This document shows positions 20,273 through 31,735 of a stretch of DNA of 64,000 bases, one piece after another. Under the pieces are notes generated by a model that made no database searches, was not told the DNA's origin, and was given only the letters and a program-made list of their open reading frames with translations. The stretch spans positions 34,428 through 98,427 of the IMG/VR virus record IMGVR_UViG_3300047388_000292. One strand, 5' to 3'. Positions within the stretch are counted from its first letter, which is position 1. Each line of letters starts with the position of its first letter. A program made the translations under genes and the position numbers. The stretch is from a virus.

Positions 20273-23200
20273 TTCAGTGAATCATTCAATGCCCTGCGGC
20301 CCATTTCCCCCAAATTATCCGATTGTGTTTGCTGCCTACCATCGGGGGCGCTAGGGCGCCGGTATGTGCTCAGTCGTTTCCCCCTGGGGGTGGGGAATGT
20401 ATCGATTTGCAGGGCTTTGTACCTACTGAGGATGTAGGTAGGAACATGTTCGAGTGTGCGTGAGGAGCAAGGTGGGAAGTCATATCAAGTCAGTGGAGAG
20501 GCTAGTCAGATGCCTTACAATGGCTGTCTGTAGCCTCACACTGTGGTTCGAAGGTATGTCCAGTATCTACCTACCTTCATCCCGCGGATTTCAGATCTTC
20601 TCGCTACATGTCCGGTGTCCTACGGCATATGTCCGCCGATCTCGGCGCATGTAGTGGAGTAGAGGTCTACTGAGCTTAGGAAGGCTTACATCCGCGCGAT
20701 TCTGACGCTACGGTGGGATCATGGAGATAGGATCAGTAGTTACTACTGTTGATTCTGTATGTGGGAGGAGTATTGTCGTGCACATGTCGACCACACACCT
20801 AGCCACTAGTTCGGTCTCTCCGAGTAGCGCGATTCTCGACATGGCAGGGATGCCGTGCGGACTACGGCCGGATACTGCCGATCAAGCTAGGTGTATGTGC
20901 CGGCCTACTCATATCCTCGCGCAAGGTACCTTTCGGTATCTGCGCCATGATCTCGGTGTCTGTGATGTCTATGCGATCGAGCTTGCCTTGATCGTCGCTT
21001 CTCGAGCCCGCGATACCAACTAGGGAGATCTAATGTCCGCAGCACTCATCCGCAAGTCCGATCCTACCCTCGACAGCTATACGCAGCGAGAAGATTGGGA
21101 GCTCAGGCGCCGTAGTATGCGCTATCCGATCGGATCGGCCGAGCGTACTGCGTTCGCCTATGCGGCGGATCGTATGTTTGATCGGATCGACTATGCGGCT
21201 AGGGTTGATCTCGCCAAGCTTGGCCAATCGATCTCAGGCCGGCGCGACGACCTACACACTATCGTCTCGGAGGAGATCTAATCATGCCCGCCGATGACCG
21301 CCGATATATGCCGTTTGAGCTCCGCGCGATCGATGATCCGCGCTACCGTGGGGAGATCTCGCGCAATGCGCCACCATAGCGATTGTGATGGATTTCGCAC
21401 TGAGCATAGAGTCTCGATTGTCTCAGCCGGCGCCGGAATGTATCGCGCGGTGTGCGAAGACTGCGGGGCCCTACATGCCGGCGCCTATGGTCGAACCTAT
21501 TCGGCCAATGACGTTTGGCGCATGTATGCCGATCATCCCCGCGAGATCCCGTGTGATGGCCGATGCCGGCAATGGGAAGACTAACGCCATGCGAACCTAT
21601 ATCTATGAATACGATGGCGCCCTATATCGGGTTACTGTCGACTATGCCGGACATATCGTCCGGTTTGAGGAGATCTCGACATGACCGCACAAGTTCTAAT
21701 CAGTCATCGCGCGGAGCTCGCTTGTAGGCTCGCTGAGCTCCGGCGCATGTCCGATCATACAATTGTCAATAGGCCGGCGCACAAGCGCTAAAGGAGATCG
21801 ATCGATGACTGAGCTCCGCCCAGATCAGCGATGCCACCATCGCGATTGTCCGCGCAAGCGCGATAAGGGTTGGACTACATGCGCCAGACATCACACCGCG
21901 GGAATTAGCATCCGCCAATGGAATAAGCGCACTAAGGGGAAGCGATGACAATCGAGCTCATCGAACGTGAGGCTAGCGGCGAGCTTTGCGCGCTTGTATC
22001 GGTCAACGGAGACTTGATCGAGGTAACCCGCCGTTTCGGTAGCTGGACCACGCTACCTAACGAGAACACTGGCAAGTTTCGAGAGATCTTGCCGGCATAT
22101 GCGCGCGAGCTCCAGCTTGCGGCAAAACATATCTAGAGGAGATCGAACTATGTTCGGAGACATCACAAACGAGACTGTCCGCGATACGGAAGACCGGCGC
22201 TATGGCGACGTCGATATGGGTGGCTGGACGATCTACGCTCAGCGCTTCTCAGCGCCGATCCGGGAAGGCTTCCACTACTTCGGCAGCTTTGAAGAGGAGA
22301 CCTACTCAGGGCCCTGCAATAGCGCTGAGGATGTCTGGACAGAGATCCTCGAGATACGCGCGGAGATTCGCCCCAACGGGCTAGCCGCACTTGATCCGCG
22401 CGGGAATGCATTGGAGCTCGAACGCGCTTCAATTATCGCGCTAGCACGGCGCCTAAGCAATCCTGGGGAGTTTGACGCCGAGACATCCTATAACGGACCT
22501 GGGCGATTTGAGGGTGCCGACGATCGCGCGCTAGTAGTCTCGCTGGACATTCTGAGCTCGCACGGCTACGCCGACGATCAGGCCGGCTCGACAGAGTACG
22601 GTCTCTATCTCGAACGTTTCGGCCGGCATGTCCTCGCGCATGACGATCGCGGGTTTGTCGTGGCATATCGCATGGACACGGAGGAGCTCGCACAAGCGGA
22701 GCTAGACGCTGAGGATGCGCGACAGAATCCGATTTGTGAGAAGTGCGGAGAATCGCACGACGAAATGAATCCAACATGCGCGTCTTAGTCTTAGCCGGCA
22801 TCGTCGGATTCATCATCGCGGCACAATTCCTAGTGCGAGGCCAAGACTCGACGTTTCTACCACCGCAGCGCGTACCCACTGGAGTCTGTCTCCGCGGATA
22901 TGCGCAGGATGCCGAGTATGTCCGGTCTACGGATACCGTGCGAGTCTTGTGCTCAGACGGTACATACGTCGTCGGCACCTATCACCCGTAGGTCAATCAA
23001 CGTCTGAGGAGACGAGAGAATGAGTAACGCACACTTCACTACCGCGCGGGATCTCCGCGCAAGTCAGACTGCCGAGTATCGCGCTAAGACAGCGCGTATG
23101 GAATTCGAGCACAAGCTACGCGCGATCGATGGTCTACGGGTCTCGACTATGGGGGCTACCCGAGACATCCTCGCCGCGCGCTACGTCGCGCGCATCCGGA

Positions 23201-23637
23201 ACAAGCGCAAGCGAGAATACGCAAGCGCATATCTGGCGTTCTTACGTCAGGAAGCGACGATTGCGCCAGCTCATAACGGTCTCTCTTTCATGGCCGCGCA
23301 AGCGGTCTAGATGAGACTACGCGCGATCTTGAGAGGAGATGAGACGCGATGACTGATTCTCAGACGGTTTACTACGTCTGCGACCGTTGCGCGCATGTTG
23401 AATCATGGCCAAGCGAACATGCTGATGAGATGCCTGACCGATGCGAGAATTGCCGAACATGCGCTAACCAACACGGACCATTCGAGGATCTCGGCACGGC
23501 TGAGGATCTCTCACAAGACATCCTCGACAATCAAGGGACGTATCGATGATCGATAGCAAGCGCACACAATCCGCGCGAGCCGAGACCTTGCGCCGACGCA
23601 CAGTTCGAGCAATCAAATACGGGACGGAGACGAGACG

Positions 23638-24528
23638 ATGACCGATACAACCACAATTCGCGCCGAGATCGGCACTAGCGGAGACTTCGGCGAGGTTACG
23701 CTTACAAGTGATCCACACGAAGCTATCGGCGACGCGGTCGAGCTCGAACATTCTTGTGAAGATGCTGCCTGCGACATCTCGCGGGCCCTTGACGATGGTT
23801 TCCCGCTATGGTCAGCATATCTCTTGCAGGGTGCTACAGAGTGCCCGTTGCTTGACGCTGTCATCGGACACTACGCAGGCACGGAAGCCTTGCCAGACTG
23901 GCAGGAAGCCGCAGAAGCCGAACGCGTTGCATGGCTCGCTTCCGACACCTGGACTAAGCACGCACACGAGTGCGAGTCTTGCGGCGCCTACACATTTGGC
24001 GATGACTATTGGACTCCTGAGCGTTGCGAGAACTGTCTAGCCGTATTCCCGCGGCTATCCGACGATGAGCTAGACGAGTTTGTCACTGGCTATATCGAGT
24101 CTGCCTTATGGTCGAGCTCGATTGAGGAAGACTTCGCCCGCGCGCATAACGCCGAGACGGGCGATGACATCGCGCCAGATACGTCTATGCAATCGTTCGG
24201 TCTCACGGATGACGATATCTCCGATGACGCACGCTCAGCGATCGAGGATGAGTGCCGAGACTTCTGTAAGGCTACCTACGCCGATCTCTGCGCTTACGTC
24301 GAACGTATGGGGGAATGGCACGGTCAAGACTCAGTCCGCGGCGCCGATGCGCGCTATAGCGGTTGGGAGCAAGCCGGCGGCGACTTCTGGCTTACTCGCA
24401 ACGGTCACGGCGTCGGATTCTGGGATAGGGGACTAGGCGAGCTAGGAGACCGTCTCACGGCTGCCTCTAAGCCTCACGGATCGTCTGACCTATACATCGG
24501 CGACGATGGGAAGGTGTCTGTCTCGTGA
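23638..24528 (+). CDS. Conserved phage early protein with Zn-ribbon and acidic C-terminal domain
   Basis: CESC..CENC, and the C-terminal motif GGDFWLTRNGHGVGFWDRG that recurs in phage early genes. Confidence 0.6.
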   Translation: MTDTTTIRAEIGTSGDFGEVTLTSDPHEAIGDAVELEHSCEDAACDISRALDDGFPLWSAYLLQGATECPLLDAVIGHYAGTEALPDWQEAAEAERVAWLASDTWTKHAHECESCGAYTFGDDYWTPERCENCLAVFPRLSDDELDEFVTGYIESALWSSSIEEDFARAHNAETGDDIAPDTSMQSFGLTDDDISDDARSAIEDECRDFCKATYADLCAYVERMGEWHGQDSVRGADARYSGWEQAGGDFWLTRNGHGVGFWDRGLGELGDRLTAASKPHGSSDLYIGDDGKVSVS

Positions 24529-25563
24529 GCGCTGAGCGTAAGCCTCAGAGTGCGTCTAAGGAATGGGCCCGCGGTAAGGCGGGAGTGTCGAGCCTAGTCC
24601 GTTGGTCTGAGGATCGAAAGAGTATCCGCGCCGAGCTCCGTCGATCTGGGTTGCTGTGATGACTAGCTCTAAGCCGTTTATCTACATCGATCGACGTCCC
24701 GGCAAACCGATCGAGCGCGGTATTCCATCCGGTGTTCGAGTTGCAATACACCTTCCCGGGCGAGATTGTCTAGAGCTCCACGTCGACCCTAATGGTTGCT
24801 GGCGCGTCCAGGTTGGGCCCGAGCTGGGCGAGTCAGGCGAGTTTCGCAAGCTTGCCGATGGGCGCCTAATCAAGTGGGAGCGATGAGATTTACTCGCCGA
24901 CCATATCCAACGAGCATGGTTGTCTACATGCTCGCAATCAGTAAAGCTAAAAGAGACGAGAGACGATGAGTCAGTTTCCATATACAGACGAGACCGGTAG
25001 GCGAGTCAGGCCGGCGCCGCTGACGTTCGAGATCGAATGGCTTGATTACAAGCGTAAGGTGATCGGGCGAGATGAGATCCGTAAGGTGGATCTCTCGGCG
25101 GCGATCAACTACGCCTGCAATCAGTTGAAAGCAGCCAAGCGCTCTCCAATATGGGACGCTCACGGCTTCTTTGTCCAGTCCAAGCGAGAGGAGATGATGC
25201 AACGATGAGCACAACTGAGAAACATCAGGGATATACAAACTACGCGACGTTTGGCGTAGCGGTAACACTCGACAATAATCGGCCGTGGGCGGAACGCATT
25301 CACGCGATTACGTTTGCAGCGATCGATAATGCTCCAACCGACGAGAACGTCTCCGGGAACATCTGGACCGTTGAGGAAACGGAGCGCTTCCGGCTCTCCG
25401 ATGCGATCAGGGATTACGTAGAGAATCTATGCGAGTCTGGCATCCGATCGGTGAGCGACGCTGGCCTAATGGCGTCTCAGATGGTGCAAGCTGGACTATG
25501 CGAGGTCGATTGGCAGGATCTCGCGCGCACCTATCTCGACCTAGCGAAAACTGAGTGGGAGCG

Positions 25564-26061
25564 ATGACAGAATCATTTGAGAATCTGCGCGCCACGTCGC
25601 TGAACCCAGAGCAGCACGAGCGCACGTGTGGATACTGGTACACGGTGACCAATGGCGCGATGGCTCATACAGCGTTCGCTACTCGTGCCGGACTAAACCG
25701 CTGGCTACAGGAGCGTGGGTTGAGTCTCAAGACTGACCTACCCGCACAAGGCGAGTGGGGTACTACCGCGATCGTCGGCACATATCGCAAACGCGCGTAT
25801 TTGTACGACACTGACAAATTCGAGGAGATGCTTAGCGATCTAGAGGGTTCGCCAGATTACCGCGATCGTCGAGACCGCGCGATTGCTACTGCGGTTCTCG
25901 ACAATGCTAACTATATCGACGGACAAATCGATGATGAACTGAGAGAGATACCCGGGGAGATCGAGACAATCTGGCGTCTCGCCCGATCACTGGACTGTGA
26001 CTACGTACGGTTGGATGCAGACGGACCAGTTGACGAGACCCTGCCGACCTGGGATTGGTAG
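25564..26061 (+). CDS. Hypothetical two-domain fusion protein
   Basis: N-terminal YWYTVT..AMAHTAF.T..GL..WL.ERGL and C-terminal ARSLDCDYVRLDADGP....LPTWDW, each usually seen in a separate small protein. Confidence 0.5.
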   Translation: MTESFENLRATSLNPEQHERTCGYWYTVTNGAMAHTAFATRAGLNRWLQERGLSLKTDLPAQGEWGTTAIVGTYRKRAYLYDTDKFEEMLSDLEGSPDYRDRRDRAIATAVLDNANYIDGQIDDELREIPGEIETIWRLARSLDCDYVRLDADGPVDETLPTWDW

Positions 26062-26486
26062 ATGAATCCAGCCGTAGCCATCGGCGCCACAGTTCTAGGC
26101 GCCGTCGCAGCAATCTCGCTCAGCACATCACCTGGAGGGGGGAGTCCTACTCCTGCGAGCACTCCTAAGCCCATAGACCTATGCGCGACGAGTCAACCCG
26201 CGGCTTACTGCACCGCGCTCGCATGGCAACGCGCAGGAAGCCCAGAGACAACGCCACCGCACTCGGCGAGCAAGGGAGATCCGCTGAGAGGAGCCCTCTA
26301 CAAGATCGCCCCGCCGATCATCGTCGCGAAGACAACCAAGACGCCGAAGACCAAGACGAGAACGAAAACGGTTTACAAGACTCGAACTATCACTCAATAC
26401 CGCACAACGCCAACTCCAGTCCAGACGACGACGTTCTCGGTGCTGGGAAAAACAAAAACGCAAATTCCATAGAGGGAGATGAACAC

Positions 26487-26729
26487 ATGAACACTCGAAG
26501 GATCATTAGCACAATCTCAATCGCGGGGTCTATTGCACTCGGCGTCTCCGCTTGCGGCGGACAATCCGGCCCGTGCGTCGTTCTCGCGAACGGCGGAAAT
26601 ACGCTCTGCGGCGGAACGGCTGCGAGCTGGTGTCGAGCGACAGACCCACTACGGCAATTAGCGGCGAGTAATCTGACGAACTCCTCAAACGATCTCTGCC
26701 AAACGATCGAGAGTCAGTACCCACAATGA
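26487..26729 (+). CDS. Small lipoprotein
   Basis: MNTRRIISTISIAGSIALGVSAC lipobox, SD GGGAG. Confidence 0.65.
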   Translation: MNTRRIISTISIAGSIALGVSACGGQSGPCVVLANGGNTLCGGTAASWCRATDPLRQLAASNLTNSSNDLCQTIESQYPQ

Positions 26730-28740
26730 AGTTTCCATACAACATGATCGAAAAGCTAGAGGAATATCGAGACTACTACTCAGTCTCACCAAACTCAGAC
26801 GCGTGGCGCCGACTTGGCGAGAAGTCCGTCAACGAGATCAAACAGGACGAGATCGCTCTATGCCGACTTGAAGATGACGGAGGACCCTGCCGATGACTGA
26901 GCAAGACTACTGCCGCACAGTCGCCTTTGGACTAATTCGCGCCGCCGATGCCGCACTCTGGCACGCACATTCACTACTCGACGCCGCCAAAGACGAACAC
27001 CGCGATCGAACGCGCGAGGTAGCACAACGAACGCGACGACTTGGAGATGACCTACACAACGTAATCGAGTGCTCATGACGATATTCGTCGCGATCGTGCT
27101 GACCGCCGATGAAGCCAAGGCTGCGGCTAATGCTTGTGCGTCGGTAATGACGGCTGGCCGCGGGTTGTTTTCTCTTGGCCATCCAGTATTCACCGCTGCT
27201 CTCGCCATCGAAGATGCGATGGTCAAAGCCGGCGCAATGGACCCACTACCACGCCATCTGCGAAACAAAGAAGAGAAATATGACCTGGGCTGAGACCGTC
27301 CAACGCCGGAACCGTCTGATTGCCGTCGCCGCTGAGCTTGAGTCCGCGGAGGAGCGCATCCGAGAAGCTGTAGTCGCGTGGGAGAAGACCGTCGAGCTCG
27401 CTGAGGATCCCGACTTCGGTCTTCCCTGCTGCGCTCAGAGTCCTTGCCACGACCTACACGACGAGATGATCGCTGTATGCCGTCGCCTACGACTCTCTCG
27501 GCGAGTTGTCGAGCACCGAGTAGAAGCGCTGAGGCGAGAAGCTCAGAATGTCCCACAACGAGAGGAGATCCACGCATGAGCCAAGATAACTGGCACAAAC
27601 TCCGAGACTGGCTAACGAGAGTCTTCGGCGAGACTGAAGGCGAAAAGATGTTTGCCGATCACGTCAAAGAAGCCCGGAAGAACGGACTCGAACTACCACA
27701 GGACAAATAGCCTAACCTGATAGGCTTGACTGTAGGACAATTCAACGAGTTGAAGGAGACGAGAATGACTGTTGTAGATGATGATGAGAGGGCTCGAGAT
27801 GCTGCGATCGAGAGCGAACTTCTTCCCGGCCCTTACCGAATCAATCCTGCCACCGATCAAGCAATGAGGCTTGAGTACCAAGTCCCCGAGCGAGGCCACG
27901 TCGTCGTGACCGATGTATTTGGGGGTTGCGAAAGGACGATCACGGCGGATGAGTGGAACGAGTGGAAGCGTTGCGGGTCAAATGACTGACGTCGAGAGAG
28001 TCATCGGATCTTCAATCGCTATCGGATTTTGGGCGATGATCACCGCAGTAGGTATCGGCGAGTTGGCCTACAAGATCACGACGAAGATCATTGAGAGGAG
28101 GCGAGGATGATGAGCGACGTCAAGATGAATCCTGAGATCCTGCAACATGGCGTCGAGGCAACTATCGCACAACTACACGACTATCCCCGCCGGATCGTCG
28201 TCGCGCTGACAGAGGACGAGATCATGGAGTTAGACAGGATGTGCGTCGAACCGAAGTACGAGATGTCTCAGGTTGTCCGGGAAGACATCCACAAAAAGCT
28301 TCGCACCGCGCAAATGGATGCCTTTGTAGCGAGACACGGATGAGTGATACTAAATACGTCCATCTCGGCGAGGAGGAAATCTCTATCTTCCAGTCGATCG
28401 CTGCGTCGCTGGAGAAAATCGCTAATCCTCCAATCATCATGGATGATCATAGTAATCCGATCCTTTTATCAACTCTCCCTCAATACCTCGCCGGCCTGCG
28501 TGAAGCGCTAGATAGCGCAATGAAGTCACAGGCTTATTGGTGTTCACGATACGACGAAGCAATTTCTCACAGTCTCCCACATCGCAGAGATCCAGTCGCG
28601 ACGTACATCAAGCGTTGGCGAAACCGCTACGACGAGAACACCTCGGGATGGATCGCGCTCGACAACCTCCTCGATGATTATCGCTTACATGCCGACACCG
28701 GCACCAAGCTCAGCGACGACGTCAGAATAGGAGATGAATC

Positions 28741-29421
28741 ATGAAACTTGTAGGTATGGTTTCCTTCTGGGATGAAGACCCAAACTTGCTACGCAGTTGC
28801 TTCGATGGGATGACAAAGCTTGGCGTTACTCACGTCGTCGCAGTAGACGGAGTCCTTGACCTCTACCCCGGCGGAGAATCAAACTCTGCCGTCTACAAAC
28901 ACAAGATCATACTCGAGATGACAGAAGCCCGCGGAATGGATCTCCTCCTCTACCGCAACCAAGAGCGCTGGACTGGGAACGAAGTCGGCAAACGACAGTT
29001 CATGCTAGATCTAGCGCTCGCCATAACGACAGCCGAGGACTGGCTCCTCGTCTGGGACACCGACTACGTCCTGCTGGAACCATTCCATCCAAGATATCTG
29101 TTGGAACATACCGACCTCAACTTTGCCGATGTTTCCTACGGCGAGGACCCAGACCATCTCTACCACGCCCGCTTACTTATGCGCGCTCAGACCGGACTCC
29201 AGTTGAGGACAAACCACTACGCCTACTACGAGGACCTCACTGATGTGATCGGCTCGTGGTTCCTACCAGACAACCGCCGCGACGGCGGAGAGAATCCGCA
29301 AGCACTCGACCTGACCAAGCTCATCCGAGTCCACCACGACCATTCTCTGCGTCCACAGGAGAGGCTCGACGGGCGCACGGTGTTCTATGAGCGGCGCGAT
29401 GAACAGAAAGTGGAGTGGTAA
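28741..29421 (+). CDS. Glycosyltransferase (GT-A/GT2-like)
   Basis: VVAVDG, then DWLLVWDTD (DxD) and a C-terminal H..H. Confidence 0.55.
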   Translation: MKLVGMVSFWDEDPNLLRSCFDGMTKLGVTHVVAVDGVLDLYPGGESNSAVYKHKIILEMTEARGMDLLLYRNQERWTGNEVGKRQFMLDLALAITTAEDWLLVWDTDYVLLEPFHPRYLLEHTDLNFADVSYGEDPDHLYHARLLMRAQTGLQLRTNHYAYYEDLTDVIGSWFLPDNRRDGGENPQALDLTKLIRVHHDHSLRPQERLDGRTVFYERRDEQKVEW

Positions 29422-29602
29422 TGAACAAGCTACGTGGGGAGTGGGGCACCTGGATCGAAAACAAAGATCATCACATAACAACGATCGTGGGATGGCTACC
29501 AGACGATGAGAGTGAACCGACAAGCCACAAAATGGCGATGGAGTCTCATCGTGACGCACATCTTCTCGTCGATATTCTGAAATCACTTGAGGCGAAACCA
29601 CA

Positions 29603-30742
29603 ATGACTTGGCGACTCCCACCCTGGGACTTTCCGGTCTCCGAGCGTCCATTCGACGACGACAAGATCCTCGACGCGGGCATTGCGCTTGTCGAGAAGTT
29701 CGCTTCGCTAGGCGTCGAGTGTGAAGTTCAGGACATCTCTGTCGGCCCATCCACAACCATCTACGAGCTGCGCGCAGGCCCGAAGACGACGATGCGCGAG
29801 TTTCGGCGCCTAGACCGCGCTCAGGATCTCGCGTACGAGCTCGGAGCAGCCAGCGTACGGATCCAGACCCCGATCCCCGGCCGGCGCGTCGTCGGTGTGG
29901 AAGTTGGGAGCCAGAATCGCCGACCTGTCGTCCTCGGAGACGTCCTGCAGGCTGCGTCTGCACCGCTCACAGCCGCGCTGGGGCTCACGGACGCTGGTCC
30001 GCTGGGGTTGGCGCTCAACGAGTGCCCGCACACGCTCCTGGCAGGCCGCAGCGGTGCCGGGAAGTCAAACCTCCTGCACGGGATCCTCGCCTCTCTGCTC
30101 GTGTGCTCGACCCCAGATGATCTTCGTCTTATATTAGTGGACACTAAGATGACCGAGCTCGTGAAGTGGGCTGGCATCCCGCACTTGCTGGGAGAGCCAC
30201 TGACGAACGTCAACCGCGCACTCGACGGCTTCGACTGGCTCTGCATGGCAATGGAGGAGCGCTACGAGGAGATCGCCTCGATGGGCTGCAGTGACATCGC
30301 TGAGTACAACGCGACGCGGTCACTCCTCAAGCTCTCGACGATGCCCTACTACCTGCTCGTGTGCGATGAACTCGCAGACGCGATGATGATGGCTGCCGGC
30401 GAACTCGAGTCCTACGTCGTGCGCCTGGGTCAGAAGGGGCGCGCGGCCGGCGTGCATCTGCTACTTGCCACGCAAAGCCCGCGGGCACAAGTGTGTTCAG
30501 GGCTCATCAAGGCAAACATGGGCGCCAAGATCGCGCTACGCACGGGAACGGCACTCGACAGCCGTGTGATCCTCGACCAAAACGGTGCCGAGAGCTTGCT
30601 AGGCAAAGGTGATGGCTTGTTTGATGACGGCTCGAGTGGCCAGCTCCAGCGTTTCCAAGCTCCACTCATCGCACCTGAGACCATCCGCGAGATTACCGGA
30701 TGGTGGAAAGCACAAGTACGAGAGGAGGTTGCTGCAGCATGA
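29603..30742 (+). CDS. ftsK: FtsK/SpoIIIE DNA translocase motor (no TM domain, no gamma domain)
   Basis: PHTLLAGRSGAGKS Walker A, LLVCDELAD Walker B, KGRAAGVHLLLATQSP, GAESLLGKGDGL. Confidence 0.9.
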   Translation: MTWRLPPWDFPVSERPFDDDKILDAGIALVEKFASLGVECEVQDISVGPSTTIYELRAGPKTTMREFRRLDRAQDLAYELGAASVRIQTPIPGRRVVGVEVGSQNRRPVVLGDVLQAASAPLTAALGLTDAGPLGLALNECPHTLLAGRSGAGKSNLLHGILASLLVCSTPDDLRLILVDTKMTELVKWAGIPHLLGEPLTNVNRALDGFDWLCMAMEERYEEIASMGCSDIAEYNATRSLLKLSTMPYYLLVCDELADAMMMAAGELESYVVRLGQKGRAAGVHLLLATQSPRAQVCSGLIKANMGAKIALRTGTALDSRVILDQNGAESLLGKGDGLFDDGSSGQLQRFQAPLIAPETIREITGWWKAQVREEVAAA

Positions 30743-31082
30743 ACCCTCATTGGCAAATCAGGACCAAAGACGGAAAAGTGTTTCCAATCTATCACGCGTC
30801 TGATCAGCAACGCATCATGGCAAAGTGCTTATGGGTCTACCTTCACCCAAAACTTACCGGATCATCTCGCGAGGTACTCCAATATATAGATGAAGTCGAA
30901 AGAATGGTTGCAGCATGAAGTATGAACTCGCCGCGATTGCTTGCGCTCTGCTTGCCATCGCCATAAACGATGGGACCAAAGGTCTTGAAACTAGTCGTTC
31001 CGTAAATACCCTAATAGCGCTCATCTGGGCGGCGCTCGTCACTATCGCCACTGTCTTCGTCTTCAAAGGTGTTGCAGCATAA
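30739..31082 (+). CDS. Two small ORFs (30739-30918; 30915-31082, a membrane protein), both ending in VAA
   Basis: ATGA-coupled, sharing the TGCAGCATRA junction. Confidence 0.55.
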
Positions 31083-31085
31083 ACA

Positions 31086-31113
31086 CTGCTCGATAACCCG
31101 CATTACGGAGACC
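31086..31113 (+). repeat. dif-like site 1: CTGCTCGATAA-CCCGCA-TTACGGAGACC
   Basis: 11-6-11 layout with the inner ATAA/TTA core of XerCD sites. Confidence 0.55.
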
Positions 31114-31115
31114 TG

Positions 31116-31418
31116 ATGAAACGCGACGACATCAACGTGGAGGCCGTGAAGTACCAGATCATCGTCCAAGGCGACGATGGCGACGAACTATGGGAGGCCG
31201 ACAGCGACTATGAAACCAATCGCGGCAAGGCGCGACTCGCAGCAAAGACGATGTTGCGCTTCGGTCGGCGGATGGTCACGCAGCCACCCGAAGCCGCCCG
31301 CGACGTGGAACTAATCGCCTACATCTACGAGGGCAAAATGGTCAACGTCGGCGACGAGACCGACGAGGATTGGGTGTTTGAGTCCGACCCAGCCATCCAA
31401 GCCGAGATCGTCCACTAA
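31116..31418 (+). CDS. Acidic hypothetical protein (cassette 1)
   Basis: 100 aa. Fills the space between dif-like sites 1 and 2; its SD lies in the right arm of site 1. Confidence 0.65.
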   Translation: MKRDDINVEAVKYQIIVQGDDGDELWEADSDYETNRGKARLAAKTMLRFGRRMVTQPPEAARDVELIAYIYEGKMVNVGDETDEDWVFESDPAIQAEIVH

Positions 31419-31456
31419 CGCTCGATAACGCGGTCTAGCGACCCCTTACGGAGACA
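31418..31456 (+). repeat. dif-like site 2: ACGCTCGATAA-(17 nt)-TTACGGAGACA
   Basis: Same arms as sites 1 and 3, with an elongated hairpin-forming spacer (GGTC-TAGC-GACC). Confidence 0.45.
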
Positions 31457-31460
31457 CGAT

Positions 31461-31676
31461 ATGGAAACCACACACCCGCCACTGCTCGGCCTCGGTGCCG
31501 TGCTCGCACCCGAGAGCGAGGAGCTAGCCACTCGCCAGCGGGACGCCTTCAATCACGCCGCTCTGGCCTACTCAGAGGTTACCGGAGCATGTGTGCCAGA
31601 GGCCATGCATCGGGCCATCGACACCTACCTCCGCGTGATGCGCGAGGGGGTTCATAACGAAACGACACCCGCGTAG
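31461..31676 (+). CDS. Hypothetical protein (cassette 2)
   Basis: 71 aa between dif-like sites 2 and 3. Confidence 0.6.
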   Translation: METTHPPLLGLGAVLAPESEELATRQRDAFNHAALAYSEVTGACVPEAMHRAIDTYLRVMREGVHNETTPA

Positions 31677-31680
31677 CGGA

Positions 31681-31709
31681 ACGCTCGATAACGTCGTCTT
31701 ACGTCAAAC
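31681..31709 (+). repeat. dif-like site 3: ACGCTCGATAA-CGTCGTC-TTACGTCAAAC
   Basis: Right arm matches the E. coli XerD arm TTATGTTAAAT at 8/11 positions; 7-nt spacer. Confidence 0.6.
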
Positions 31710-31735
31710 CAACATCAACGAGAAGAGACGAGTAA

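Larger units (their letters stand above)
21033..28744 (+). other. Early-type cluster of ~30 small rightward ORFs with strong GGAGAY-type SD sites (host-takeover-like region)
   Basis: Examples are 21033-21281, 21945-22136, 22150-22788, 23020-23310, 23349-23549, 24656-24886, 24966-25208, 25205-25567 and 26062-26472. GAGGAGATC/GGAGACGAG recurs before start codons. Confidence 0.65.
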
